Part shown: positions 1-13,400 of the stretch, piece by piece
How positions within the stretch are numbered: the first letter of the stretch is position 1
How the letters are laid out: every line of letters begins with the position of its first letter
Assembly (NCBI RefSeq): GCF_009914755.1
Contig: NC_060927.1
Source of the DNA: the human T2T-CHM13v2.0 reference genome, Homo sapiens
Length of the DNA: 64,000 nucleotides
Strand: one strand, 5' to 3'
Made by a program: the position numbers and the translations under genes
Notes under the pieces: model-generated
The model's input: the letters and a program-made list of their open reading frames with translations, nothing else
The model's database searches: none
Told to the model about the DNA's origin: nothing

Positions 1-58
1 TGCAGTGAATCAAGATCGCACTACTGGGTGACAGAGCCAGACTGTGTCTAAAAAAAAA
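1..58 (+). mobile_element. Alu 3' end (truncated by window edge)
   Basis: tgcagtga...gactgtgtct followed by A tail. Confidence 0.8.
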
Positions 59-77
59 GTGGGGGGGAGCAAAGAGG

Positions 78-204
78 AGTCAGGTGTGGTGATACACACC
101 TGTCTTCCCAGATACTTGAGAGGCTAAGGTGGGAGGGTATCCTGAGCCTAGGAGTTTGAGACCAGCCTAGGCAAATAGCTAGAACCTGTCTCTGAAAAAC
201 AAAA
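78..204 (+). mobile_element. Old Alu monomer (FLAM/FRAM-like)
   Basis: Diverged monomer ...ggagtttgagaccagcctaggcaa...tctctgaaaaa. Confidence 0.65.
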
Positions 205-283
205 TGGGCAAAGGACTTGAAGAAACATTTCTCCAAGGAAGATATACAAATGGCTAATAACTCCCTAAAAGATACTCAACATA

Positions 284-592
<309 letters not shown>

Positions 593-1183
593 TCAACATG
601 ACTAATCATTAGAGAAATTCAAATTGAAACTACGGTGAGATACCATCTCATACTCGTTAAGGATGGCTGCTGTAAAAATAAATAAATAAATGTTGGCAAG
701 AATGTGGAGAAATTGGAACCCTTGTGCACTGTTTTTAGGAATGTAAAATGGTACAGCCACTCTGGAAAACAGTATGGCAGTTCCTCAAAAAATTATAAAT
801 AGAATTACCATATGATCCAACAATTCCACTTCTGGGTATACACTCAAATGAATTGAAAGGAAGGTCTTGAAGAGATATTTGTACACCCATGTTCACAGCA
901 GCATTTTTCACAATAGCTAAAATGTGAAAACAACCAACAGCCCATTGACAAATGAGCAAATATGCAAAATATATGTATATACATACATACACACAACGAA
1001 ATATCATTCAGTCTTAAAGAGGAAGGACAATCTGACACATGATACAACACGGACGAACCTTAAGGACATTATGCTAAGTGAAATAAGCCAGTCACAAAAA
1101 GACAAATATGAGGTGGTCAGAGTAGTCAAAGTCACAGAGACAGAAAGTAGAATGGTAGTTGTCAAGAGCTGGAGGAAGAGGGG

Positions 1184-1546
<363 letters not shown>

Positions 1547-1671
1547 TTACGAAGATGAATGGTGGTGATGGTTGTACAGCATTATGAATACAATACCACT
1601 GACCTGTACACTTAAAAATGGTTAAGGTAGTAAATTTATGTGTATTTTACCACAATAAAAACAATGCAAAA

Positions 1672-1950
1672 TTTTTTTTTTATTTGTTCATTTGAGATGG
1701 AGTCTCGCTTTGTCGCCCAGGCTCAAGTGCAGTGATGCAATCTTGGCTCACGGCAACCTCTACCTCCAGCCTCCCAAGTAGCTGGGATTACAGGCATGTG
1801 CCACCACACCCGGCTAAGTTTTGTATTTTTAGTAGAAATGGGGTTTCACCACATTGGCCAGTCTGGTCTCGAAATCCTGACCTCAAGTGATCCACACGCC
1901 TCACCCTCCCAAAGTGCTGGGATTACAGGCGTGAGCCGCAGTGTCCGGCC
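1672..1950 (-). mobile_element. AluS with internal deletion
   Basis: Reverse Alu consensus ending ...gtgtccggcc. Confidence 0.9.
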
Positions 1951-2077
1951 AAAAATAATGCTAATTTTAAAAACCCTCTGGAAATAGACAGAGGTGATGG
2001 TTACACATTATGAATTATTAATGCCACTGAATTGTATACTTTAAGATGGTTAAAATTACAATTTAATATTTATTTTA

Positions 2078-2157
2078 ACACACACTATATATGTGTGTGC
2101 ATATATATACATATACACTAAAACAACACATACACATACACACACATATATATACAC
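2078..2157. repeat. Imperfect (CA/TA)n microsatellite
   Basis: acacacactatatatgtgtgtgcatatatatacatatacac... Confidence 0.8.
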
Positions 2158-2951
2158 CCCTCCCCCGCCCAGCTGCTATGTGAAGAACAGCCTGCAGGGG
2201 TAGCGGGTGGGCTCTGGGAGCCAGAGTGGCAGAGGGGGCTGAGGCTGAGGCTGGGGTAGTGGTGATGATGACTGCGAAGAGCCATGATAGATTCCTGGTG
2301 TGTTTGGGTGGCTAAACAGACAGAATTGGATTGGATGTGGAGGGTAGGAGATGGAGATAGAGAATTTTTCTGTTTGGGCCATTGCCAAGTTGAAGGTGCC
2401 TGACAAATCTAAGACCCTGGCATGAAACAGGCAGGTTGGGATGGAGACTTTTGTTTCATATTCACAAGCATATAGTGACATTTAAAGTGCCATAGGAGAG
2501 ATGTGGACAGAGAGAAGAGGTGTCAGGATCTGGGCTCCCCAGCACTGAGAAGAACCCAGCAAAGGTGGCTGGCAAGGATAAGCAAAGAAGAGTAGAAAGG
2601 CCAGCAAGTGGAGGGCCAAGGGATCCAGGAGGGGAGAATATCTGAGCAGTAGTGGGGAGTCAACTGCCAAGAGCCCATCACAGGAGCTCTTGATGCCTTG
2701 CTGGGTGGAGCAAAACAGAACAACCAGGTTGACAAGTCATTTTTACCCCCAACCTCAAGTTATGAATATTTTCAAGCCTACAAAATTGTTGAAAGAATTG
2801 TACAAGGAACACCCACAAAGCCACTATCTGGATTTATAATGAACCCCTCCTCTCCTGGCTTTATCACGTATCCATTCTACCATCTATTTGTTCTTCTGTC
2901 TGTCCATCTATCCATCCATCTTTTTGTTGAATGTCAAAGTACATTGCAGTG

Positions 2952-3245
2952 GGCCAGGCATGGTGGCTCACACCTGTAATACCAGCACTTTGAGAGGCGA
3001 AGGTGGGAGGATTGCTTGAGCCCAGGGATTCAGGAGCAGCCTGAGTAACATGGCAAAACCCTGTCTCTACCAAAAAAAATACAAAAATTAGCTGGGTGTG
3101 GTGGCGCCATGCCTGTAGTCCCATCTACTCGGGAGGCTGAGGTGGGAGGATCACTTGAGTCTGGGAGGTGGAGGTTGCAGAGAGCCATGATCATGGCACT
3201 GCACTTCAGAACCAGACCCTGTCCCCCTCCAAAAAAAAAAAAAAA
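2952..3245 (+). mobile_element. AluJ-type element
   Basis: ggaggattgcttgagcccagg diagnostic; TSD-like aaagtacat flanks. Confidence 0.88.
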
Positions 3246-6200
3246 GTACATCGCTGATATCAGTATACTTCCCACTAAGCACTTCAAGCGTATCATTAAC
3301 TAGAGTTCAGTATTTATTTAAGGTTTCTCTTTTTTAGCTAAAATTTACATATAATGCAATGTACAGCAATTAATTATTCCAGTCGGTGAGCTTTGAGAAG
3401 TGGTCTGCAGCTCAGCCCCATGTGGGTTGCAGGTCATCTGGAGTGACCATGGAAGTCATTTAGCAGGAGTTTAAGAGGCGAGGGCCAAGGACTTGCAGGC
3501 CAGGATAAAGGGGCCTGGAGGGAGGGCAGCAGAAGCCAGGAGGGGAAGCTGGGCATGAACCAAAGGGTCCTGGGGATTTTAAGGAGAAGTTGAGGCTAGT
3601 CCAAGGGTCCAGCCTCTCCTGGAGAGGGTTACTGGTGACTAAGAGGAGTGTGTATGGGGAGGGTGCAGGGGAGTTGGCCAGTCATGGATGGGGTGTGTTA
3701 CAGGGTACACCAGATCATCCTGGGTCGGGAGGGGGGCTGTCCAGAGCAGTGTGGGAGGAGTTAAGAGATATTGAGGGCAGAGAGACAGATGTGTCCAGGG
3801 ATCAGCAAGGGGACGGATCCTCTCCCTTTCGTGGAGATCCAAGCCAGTGAGGTCTTCTAGCCCCAGGTGCGATTAGGTTCAGCCTCCACTCCCCAGATCC
3901 TGACCTCAGATGTTGGGCAGGTTCCCAAGACCTTCCTCAGGGCTCTGATAGATTGGCACAGGCCTCCCCTGGCTGGTCCAGCTCTGGATCAGTGTGACCC
4001 TGCCCACTGGGACCCTGTGGTACCTGCTTCCTAAGCCTGAGGTCAGCTAGCTGACAGTAAGGTGCTAGATGGGGCAGGCAACATGTCTATTGCTGTACCA
4101 GGGTGAGTATCCAGGCTAGGCCTGACTCCCTCCCTCTCAGCTGCCACCTTAGCTGCCCTTCTGCACATTGGCCTGTCCTTGTTGTCCAGGGGGCATGGGA
4201 AGGTATGTTCCTCCTGATGAGACCTGGCCAGTGACTCATAGCCCAGAAAGGCATATAGTCACACTGGCCAGTGGGGCCCTCCCAGGAACCTCTAGATTTG
4301 GCACCTGCAGGGAGGGCTCCTTTATGAGCTGTTTCTGTGATGTTTCAACTTGTACCAAAATGGAAAGCATAAATGCGGCATCAGGCGTGATGTCAGTGCT
4401 GAGTGATCTGAAACACTGAATGCCTGCTCTCCCTGGTAGGGCTGGGGCTCTCCACAGGAAGAAGGCTGAGTGACGTCTGCAACCTTCCTTTTCCTTGCTG
4501 CTGGGGGGGTGAGAGGAGGCGAGTGGGAAGAGAACATGTGACTTCGGGGGGCTCTCAGAGCTTCCTGACAGCCATGGAGGTGACCGTGAGGTAGACTCCA
4601 CCCTGTGAGCATCCTTTGGGGCCAGATATGGCAAGCAAGGCTGAGTCCCACCCTTGAGGGCTGAGACACTCTGTGCAGCCAGTGTTCCTGCAGGGAAGAT
4701 GTAGAAGCTCTTCCCAGAACTGCCCTCCTTGCTCCAGAGCCCAGTGGAGGAATTACCAGGGAGTGACCATTGCAGACAGATCACAGCTGCTCATTCAACT
4801 TAGAGTTCATACAGCCTCCAGCTTGGGCCCCAAGCCTCTGGATCCTTGGCCAGTGCCACCTTAGCTGCCCTTCTGCACACTGAATAGTTTGAGTAAGGAA
4901 GCAGCTAAAAAAGACTCTTCTCAGGGAGAAAGTCCTCTCAGAGCTACAGAGCCCACAGGGTCCTATGATTCCAAGTCCCTAGCAGACAGGTGGCAGTGGC
5001 TCCCTGCAAAGCCTGTAGGAAGGCTTCCTGCAGCTTCTGCTTCCCCCACCTCTTAAACCACCTCTTGACCTTGTACTGCACTGAGCCTTCCCATCCTTAC
5101 TGCCACTTAGGCCCCCACTGGGTCGGGGTGCACGGGCTTCCATGGAGGTCCCTACCAGTCCTTGGAGATGGCAAGATGGGCTTCCTTGCTAGCAAGAAGA
5201 GTCAGCTCATTCAAAGCTAATGTCTGACAGAGCTGTCCACCTTAGGGTAGCCCCAGGAAGGCTCCTGAGACACGAGGCTCGTGGCTGGTAGCCTGCACAT
5301 CTCCTGCCCATGTGCCAGATCAGGATCTTGGAGGTATTAGACAGCAGAACCCTAGCTGAGGCTTCTTGTCACACTGGTAAAAGGATAGTCCCTCTGATTC
5401 TGATGGAGAGCCAGCTTGGAGAGGGCCTAGGAGCCACAGGGAGCCTTCTGGGTTCAACCTCTTGATGAGGAGGCATCACTGTGTGCAGCTAAGGAAGGCT
5501 CTAACTGTACTGGCACTCAGGCCAGTGGAGTCTGCCACAGAACTATTCATGTATACCCAGGCTGGGTGGGCGGGTGGGTTGGGGTGCACAGCCATCATCT
5601 CTCTCCCTACCCCGTGGACAGCCTCCATCCCCCTGAGTGTGGGGATAGGGGCCTTGCAGTATGGAGGAAGAGACTGAGGTTGGGCTCCTCCCAGGAAACT
5701 CCTGGGGATCTGTCGGGGAGGCAGAGAGGGGGATGTATTGCTGGCCTCAGAGAGCTCCCTCAGCCAGTGTCCTCCTTAGGAGGCCTTGCATGCTGGGCCT
5801 GAGCCTGGGAGGGGCTGTGGGGAGGGTGCGGTCAAGGTTCCTTACCGTCTGGAAGAGGCTGGATAGAAATAGCTGCACCCATCTGGGCGATGAGTCACTG
5901 AGGGGCGTTTCAGCCTTTTCTTGGAGAAGTTCTATTTTAGGTGAGATGCCTGTGCCACAGCCTGGATGACAGGGGCTGGGGAAAGGAAAGTTCTGGCGGT
6001 GAGTGCAGGCGGTTTGGCACGTGCCTTTGTTCAGCCTGATTCAGAACCCCAGGGACAGTCACCCCAAAGTTGCAGGATAAGAAGCCTTACCTCCTAAATT
6101 CCCTTTCCCAGGAAGAAGTCTCACCTCAGGGCATGCTGCAGTGCCCAGGTGAATGAGAGAGATGGGACGTTGGGTGTGGGCTGGGCACCCACGGGAAGAA

Positions 6201-6256
6201 CTGAATTTGTGGCTGCCACCCTGGGCCAGAGGCTGAGCTTCCCCTCTGAGGAGTAA

Positions 6257-6756
<500 letters not shown>

Positions 6757-7721
6757 TGCCTTGCTTCTTAAAAAGCATTTGGGTGGGTTAATTGTTCCCA
6801 GCTAGTGGGATGGCTTCTCACCTCACTGCCTCGGCATCACTGTTCTTAGAGTTTCTAGAACTGGGATTGGCCTTTGGGGGGCTCTGCCAGGGTTTGCAGT
6901 GCTGACTTCTAGAGCCTGACTTGGCCTTTGGAAGAGGCAGGACTACAGAAGGCACCAGGCTCCAGGCTGTCCAGGCTGTGGTTTAGGAGCTACGCAGAGC
7001 TGTCAGGGCTGATCTTGCCAGCAGCAACACTTCCTAGCCAGGGAACCATTGAGAACACATTGCTAAAACATCTCAGATCTTGGTTTTCTCTCCTGTGAGG
7101 ACAAAATGAGAGAATGCGTGTGAACATGCCCTATGTGGTGCTTGGCACAAGGGGGTGCTTGCCAAAGTGCAGTGTTCTCCCTCTTCTTGGCTGCTGCCCT
7201 TGGGTTGCTGGGATAAGGCACCTGAGCCCAGGTCCCCCAACTGGCAAGTCAACCTGTAGCAGTAGCCCTGGGGCCTCAAGGCAGAGAGCAGGGCTGGAGC
7301 CACATGTGTGGGTAAATAAAAGGGGCCTTCTGCCCCAGAGATGAGACGGCACCTTCCCCTGGTGATGACTGGGTGGCCAATAGGGTGCATTTAGAACCTC
7401 TGGCTGCAACCACAGACAGAGAACAACCTTGGCCTCCAGCCTCAGCTCTGGTTGATGAGGAGGAGACTCTTCATTGAGGCACCAAATCTCGGGGCTTCCA
7501 CCTTGTTGAGCTATGACCTGCATGACCAAATTGCCAGGATGAATGAAGCAAGCCCCTCTGGGATGAGCCCTGCTCTGTACCACATGTTGTGTGCAGCCCT
7601 GAGAACACCCTATCAACGAGAGCTCATGGGCTGCTTTGGGGCACAGAAGACACCTTGTAAACAACAAATCAGTAGACACTTTGGGAAAGAATAAGCACTA
7701 TGGAGAAAATAAGCTGGGTGA

Positions 7722-8060
<339 letters not shown>

Positions 8061-9528
8061 AAAGGAGAGCATTTTAGATTGTGTGGCCAGAGGAGGTCCT
8101 GGTGGGAAAGTGTTACCTCATCTGAAATCTGTACAACAAGCTGGGCCAGGGGGCAGAGGGAATAAGGAGTACAAAGGCCCTGGTACAGAAATGAGCTCAG
8201 GGGACCACTTGGCAGAGCAGACAGCCTAGAGTGTCTGCAGTGAAACAGCCAAGGGGAGATGGCAGGAAAAGAGACCAGAGAGAGGGGGAGGCTGGGGTGG
8301 GGCTGGGTTGGGTCACAGAGTTGTGCTGAAGAGTTCCCAAGGTGTGGTGGAAATCCACTTAGAGTGTTTGATCCTATTGGTGAGATGCTCTGATTTACAT
8401 GTGGGTTTTTGGAGAAAAATTATTGGGTCATGTAACTGGAAGTCCAAGGGTAGACTTGGGGCATAGCCAGATCCAGGGAATGGAATGAAGTCATCAGATC
8501 TACTCCTTTCTCCTTTCGTTGACTCCTACCATCTATGGACATCATTCTTAGCATCTCTCTGTATGTTGGGAAAGAAGACTACTGCTGCTGCAAAGCTACA
8601 TCCTTCTGATTAGTAATCCAAAGGAAAACGAATAAAGACCCTCTCTCCTGTTGTTCATTACCAGATAACGTGGAGGGCTCTAACCGACTCTGTTTGCCAG
8701 GTCACGTGCCCATCCCTGCACAGGGCTAATGGCAGAGGGAAACTATGTGTTTATCACATGGATAGCGGCACATGTCTCGTTTGCTCTGGAGGCATGAATT
8801 ATCCCACTTCTTTAAAAAGCTATCTTCCTTAAGGGAAAAAAAAAGGCTTTAAAAAATTCTACTTAACATCAGTCACTTACATTGCATTACTTTACCCTCA
8901 CTTATTTTGTTCTCAAGATTTTTCATTCTGTAGTATCTTGTTTCTTCAGCTAGACTCTAAGCTTCTTCAGGATAGGAATCATGGTTTCTTTTTATTCTCT
9001 ATGCCTCCTTCTCCCACGTATTACTCTTCACTTATTTATTCATTATGTGAGTTTTTACTGAATACCCATTGCATATAAGCACTGCTCTAGGGCCATGCCT
9101 TTCCTCTTGGGTTAGGTTTTAAAAGATCAGTCTGGCTGCTATGTGCAAATGGCCTGAAGTGGGAAGCAGGGGAAGGCTACTGGGTTCATCCGAGCGGGAG
9201 GTTGGGGTGCACAGATCTGAGGCACTGCCAGGGGGTGGCGGGGAGGACTCTCAAGCAGGAGGGTCTGGCAGGCAGTGAGTTGGTGGTTGGGGTGGGGTGG
9301 GGGATGGGACTGCCTCCACTGCCTCACATGCCTGGCAACTCCTAGAGGGCAGGGGAGTGCCATCTGTCCTTCAGCCCTGCCACCTGGCAGCCCAGAAATG
9401 CCTGAGCAGGGCTTGGTGCTCCTGCCTGTGCTAGGAGTGGCCTTGGCTGCTGTGGGGCCTGCACTGACCTGGGCCATGAGTACTGCCAATCCTGGCCACC
9501 CTGCTGACTATTTTGCTTTTCTCCTCAG

Positions 9529-10413
9529 GTGAAGGAGTGGCTCTGTCTGAACTGTCAGATGCAGAGGGCTCTGGGAATGGACATGACCACTGCACCTCGC
9601 TCCAAGAGCCAGCAGCAGCTGCACTCCCCAGCCCTGTCTCCTGCCCACTCCCCGGCCAAACAGCCCCTGGGGAAGCCAGACCAAGAGAGATCTCGGGGCC
9701 CAGGAGGACCACAGCCTGGGTCCCGCCAGGCTGAGACAGCCAGGGCCACCTCAGTGCCGGGGCCTGCCCAAGCAGCTGCCCCTCCAGAGGTGGGGAGGGT
9801 GTCTCCTCAGCCCCCTCAACCCACCAAGCCTTCCACAGCTGAGCCCAGGCCACCTGCAGGAGAGGCCCCGGCCAAAAGTGCCACCGCAGTGCCCGCTGGG
9901 CTTGGTGCCACTGAGCAGACCCAGGAGGGCCTCACTGGTAAGCTCTTCGGCCTTGGCGCGTCACTGCTAACCCAGGCGAGCACCCTCATGTCTGTGCAGC
10001 CCGAGGCTGACACCCAGGGCCAGCCTGCCCCCAGCAAGGGGACACCTAAGATCGTCTTCAATGATGCCAGCAAGGAGGCTGGCCCAAAACCCTTGGGCTC
10101 AGGGCCCGGGCCTGGGCCAGCACCTGGAGCCAAAACTGAGCCTGGGGCTAGAATGGGTCCTGGATCTGGACCTGGAGCCCTGCCGAAAACTGGGGGAACA
10201 ACCAGTCCAAAGCATGGCAGAGCAGAACATCAGGCAGCATCGAAGGCTGCTGCCAAGCCAAAGACCATGCCGAAGGAAAGGGCCATCTGCCCACTGTGCC
10301 AAGCCGAGCTCAACGTGGGCAGCAAGAGCCCAGCCAACTATAACACATGCACCACCTGCAGGCTCCAGGTGTGCAACCTGTGTGGCTTCAACCCAACACC
10401 CCACCTGGTGGAG
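9529..10413 (+). CDS. BSN: BSN exon 3 (885 nt, phase 0-0): end of zinc finger 1 to first half of zinc finger 2
   Basis: ctcctcag|GTGAAGGAGTGG (VKEWLCLNCQMQR)...CGFNPTPHLVE|gtaaga. Confidence 0.97.
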
Positions 10414-13400
10414 GTAAGAGCTGGACCAAGCATGCTCCCTTGAACCTTGATGAGAGGCCGGGCCTGGGTAGTGAGTGTCATGGGAACCAGAAAGAGTTCT
10501 GGGTCTGCAGCAGCCATGGGGCTGCTCCTGTACAACTAATGCTGCAGAGGGGCTGCATTCCCTTTCCTGTCCCTACCTCAGGCCCCAGTTCTACTCAGAA
10601 CTAACTTTCACTCAGAGTTGGGGGTAATGGTGCCTACTGACTCAGACTAGTGCCCTAAGGCTGATCCCAGAGTCCCTGAGCTGGCCTCCCCATTTCCAGC
10701 TACCATGGGCATGGCCCTGATGAAAGACACCAACCTCCCCTGCTCAGATAGGAGAACCTGAGGTCCCACACTGCCATGGACCTGTGACCTTCAGAGGGGT
10801 AGGGATCGAATGGCCATGATGCAGAGGGTTGCGTCCCACATCCAGGGTGGGGTGGGAGGCTTTCTCACAATGGGGCAGGGCATGTCCCACTGTCCAGGCT
10901 CCAGCCCAGCAAGGTGGTATTCAACCTTGATTGTCTCTTCTGAGGTCATAAGTGTTGACGTCTACTTGTCAAAGTCACAGCCTTTGGTCCACATGTTTTA
11001 CCCAGGCTGGGGCTGGGCTCTCCTTAGAGCTGCTACTGGGGATGCTCAGAGATGCTTCTCTTTCCCACAGGAAGGTTTGAGACAGACCTGGGGTTGTGGC
11101 CATTCTCTCCGCAGCCCCTGCTCCAGGGAAGGGCACTGAGCACTGTGCAGTGCTAGGCAGGAGGGAGCAGGAGGCCCAGTGTAAGGTTCAGTGTTCCCTC
11201 GAAGCCTGGAGTCCAGCCCAAGAGGCTCAGAAGGTGAAGGTGCCCTGGCAGAATTAGACCAGCCTGGGCCAGGAGCAGATGCTGCTTCTGCTCCTCCCTC
11301 AGTCCTGTGGCCCACTCTCCCTGGCCCAGGGTCACCCATGTGACCCTTACCATGCTGCCTTGGGCGTAGCTTGGTGTGTCTCCTTAGAGTGCCCTCAGTC
11401 TTGATAGATGAATGTGTTTCCCAGCTGTGTCACGTTAGGAGATGTTCGAGCCAAGGCCCTGCCTCTTGCACATGGGGAGCCACCTGAGCCCTCTGGTCTC
11501 TTGGGCTGAGCCATTTGTAGCTGATGGTGGCGCAGGGGTGTGCGGAGTGCAAACCACCACTGGCCCAGGATGGGACAAGAGAGGAGAGCATGATGTTGCC
11601 ATGGCCTCTGTGGCACCTTGTTCTGACTTCCCTTGGGCCAGGACTCCACAGGAGTCCCCGTGGGACCCCAGCATGACTAGGAAGACTACTTTGGCCACCA
11701 AAGGCCACACTTTCCAATATGCAGGGAAGGGCAGCCCTGAGCAAGACAACTGACCTCCTCATGTGGCACCCATCTGGTCTTCTAGGCACCACGAAGCCAA
11801 CTCTCCAAGCTCTAGATCTGGTGGCTCACTGGCGACAGTTTGCCTCACTGGCTCGGGGAAAGGGGTGCACCAGGGTGTCACCACAAGACTAGGAGAACCC
11901 TAGCTGGCTGCTCTGCCCAGAGACCTCCAGGCACAAGCTCACTGCTGGTCAGGTGGGGCACACTGACACTGAGCGACTGTGAGCCCCAGTGGACTTCTGA
12001 GTTGGCCTGGCCTGGAGGACTCCTGTCCCCAAGAGACCTCCCAGCCCACATTTCCTTATTAAGCAGAATGTGCACGAATGGGAGGGGAAAACTGTCTCTG
12101 TCCAGGAGCATAAATGTTCCTGACAGTTCCTCTTGGCCGTCCCTGGGCCAGGCCACGGGAAGTGCTGATTCTGCCCAAACAGAAGAGTTTCGTTCACACG
12201 CTGACTAGATGAAACGTCTGGATTCTGGCCTAGGCCTCTCATTAGCTGCTTGGTTCTGGCTATCCTGGACCCTGGAGCTTCTGTCTCTTGATGGCCGGTG
12301 TTCCCCCCATCACACCTCTCTCAATTTCCTGCTGTCTCCATGTCCTGCCCCACTGCCCCCTCCTTAGCCAGGACCACTCTCATCTCCATAGGGTCTGATG
12401 GGTCCCATGGGCCTGAAAGAAAGCTGGGGGATGTCCTGGTCCTAGTCCTGGTCCTACCTCATCCCCAGCTCAGGCTGCTCCTGACAGCAGTCAGGGGTGA
12501 TGAAGTCTCTCTAACTCCTTTCTCATAGCTCTCCCTATCAATGCTGCTGTCCCCAGAGGGCCTGCAGCTATTCTAGGGAAGGTGTGGATAGGCGGCCATA
12601 ATGCCTCTCCCATGATTCCCACCATAGAGACTGTACCACCATCCACCACCAGAGATGCAAGCCAGCAGCCCGGGGTCATCCTCACCTCCTCCTCTTTAAC
12701 CTCTGCACCTGCTCCATGGACCAAGCCCTGCCAGCTCTGCCTCCCCACTGTCACAAGAATCTGGCCTCTCTCCCACCCATGCTCACAGCCTTAGTCCTTC
12801 CGTCCTTATCCTCCCTTACCCACACAATGACCAAAACCTCTGTGCAGCTTCACCTGCCTTGGGTCTTGCAAGGGGCTGGTGCTGATATGTTCACCATCCC
12901 TTCAGCATTGCTTTTCTTCACTGAGGCCCCTAACCAGGCTGTGGTCTGTCTTGGATCTCACCTCAGTCAATGGCCACTTGGCATCCTGAGCAATTTTGTG
13001 CTTCTCTGTGACCTACTTGGTGTGTTCTTGGTTAGAGGTTTCTGATTTCTCAGCACTTGCCAGAGACACTTACCCTGCCTTGGGAGTGTGGTGGTAAGGC
13101 CAGCAGGTCCTTCTCCAGGTCCTAAGGGTGGGTCTGCCATGGCTGTCTCTCTCTGGACCTTGCCTGCTTAAGAACGACTGTGCTGTGTCTTTGTGCACAA
13201 AGAAGGGACAGACCCGTGGAGCCCCCCTCATAGCTCCCACAGCCCTGTTAGACCTCCTGGGACTCCACCTGAGGCCACAGTCAACCATCTGGGCCAGTGG
13301 GTTGGGAATTTTCCCCATAGGTTGGAAATTTTCCTGAACATTTCTGAGCTGTAAAAATCTTTCTTCTTTCTAGATTGGGAGTTCAGAGCACACAATAGAG

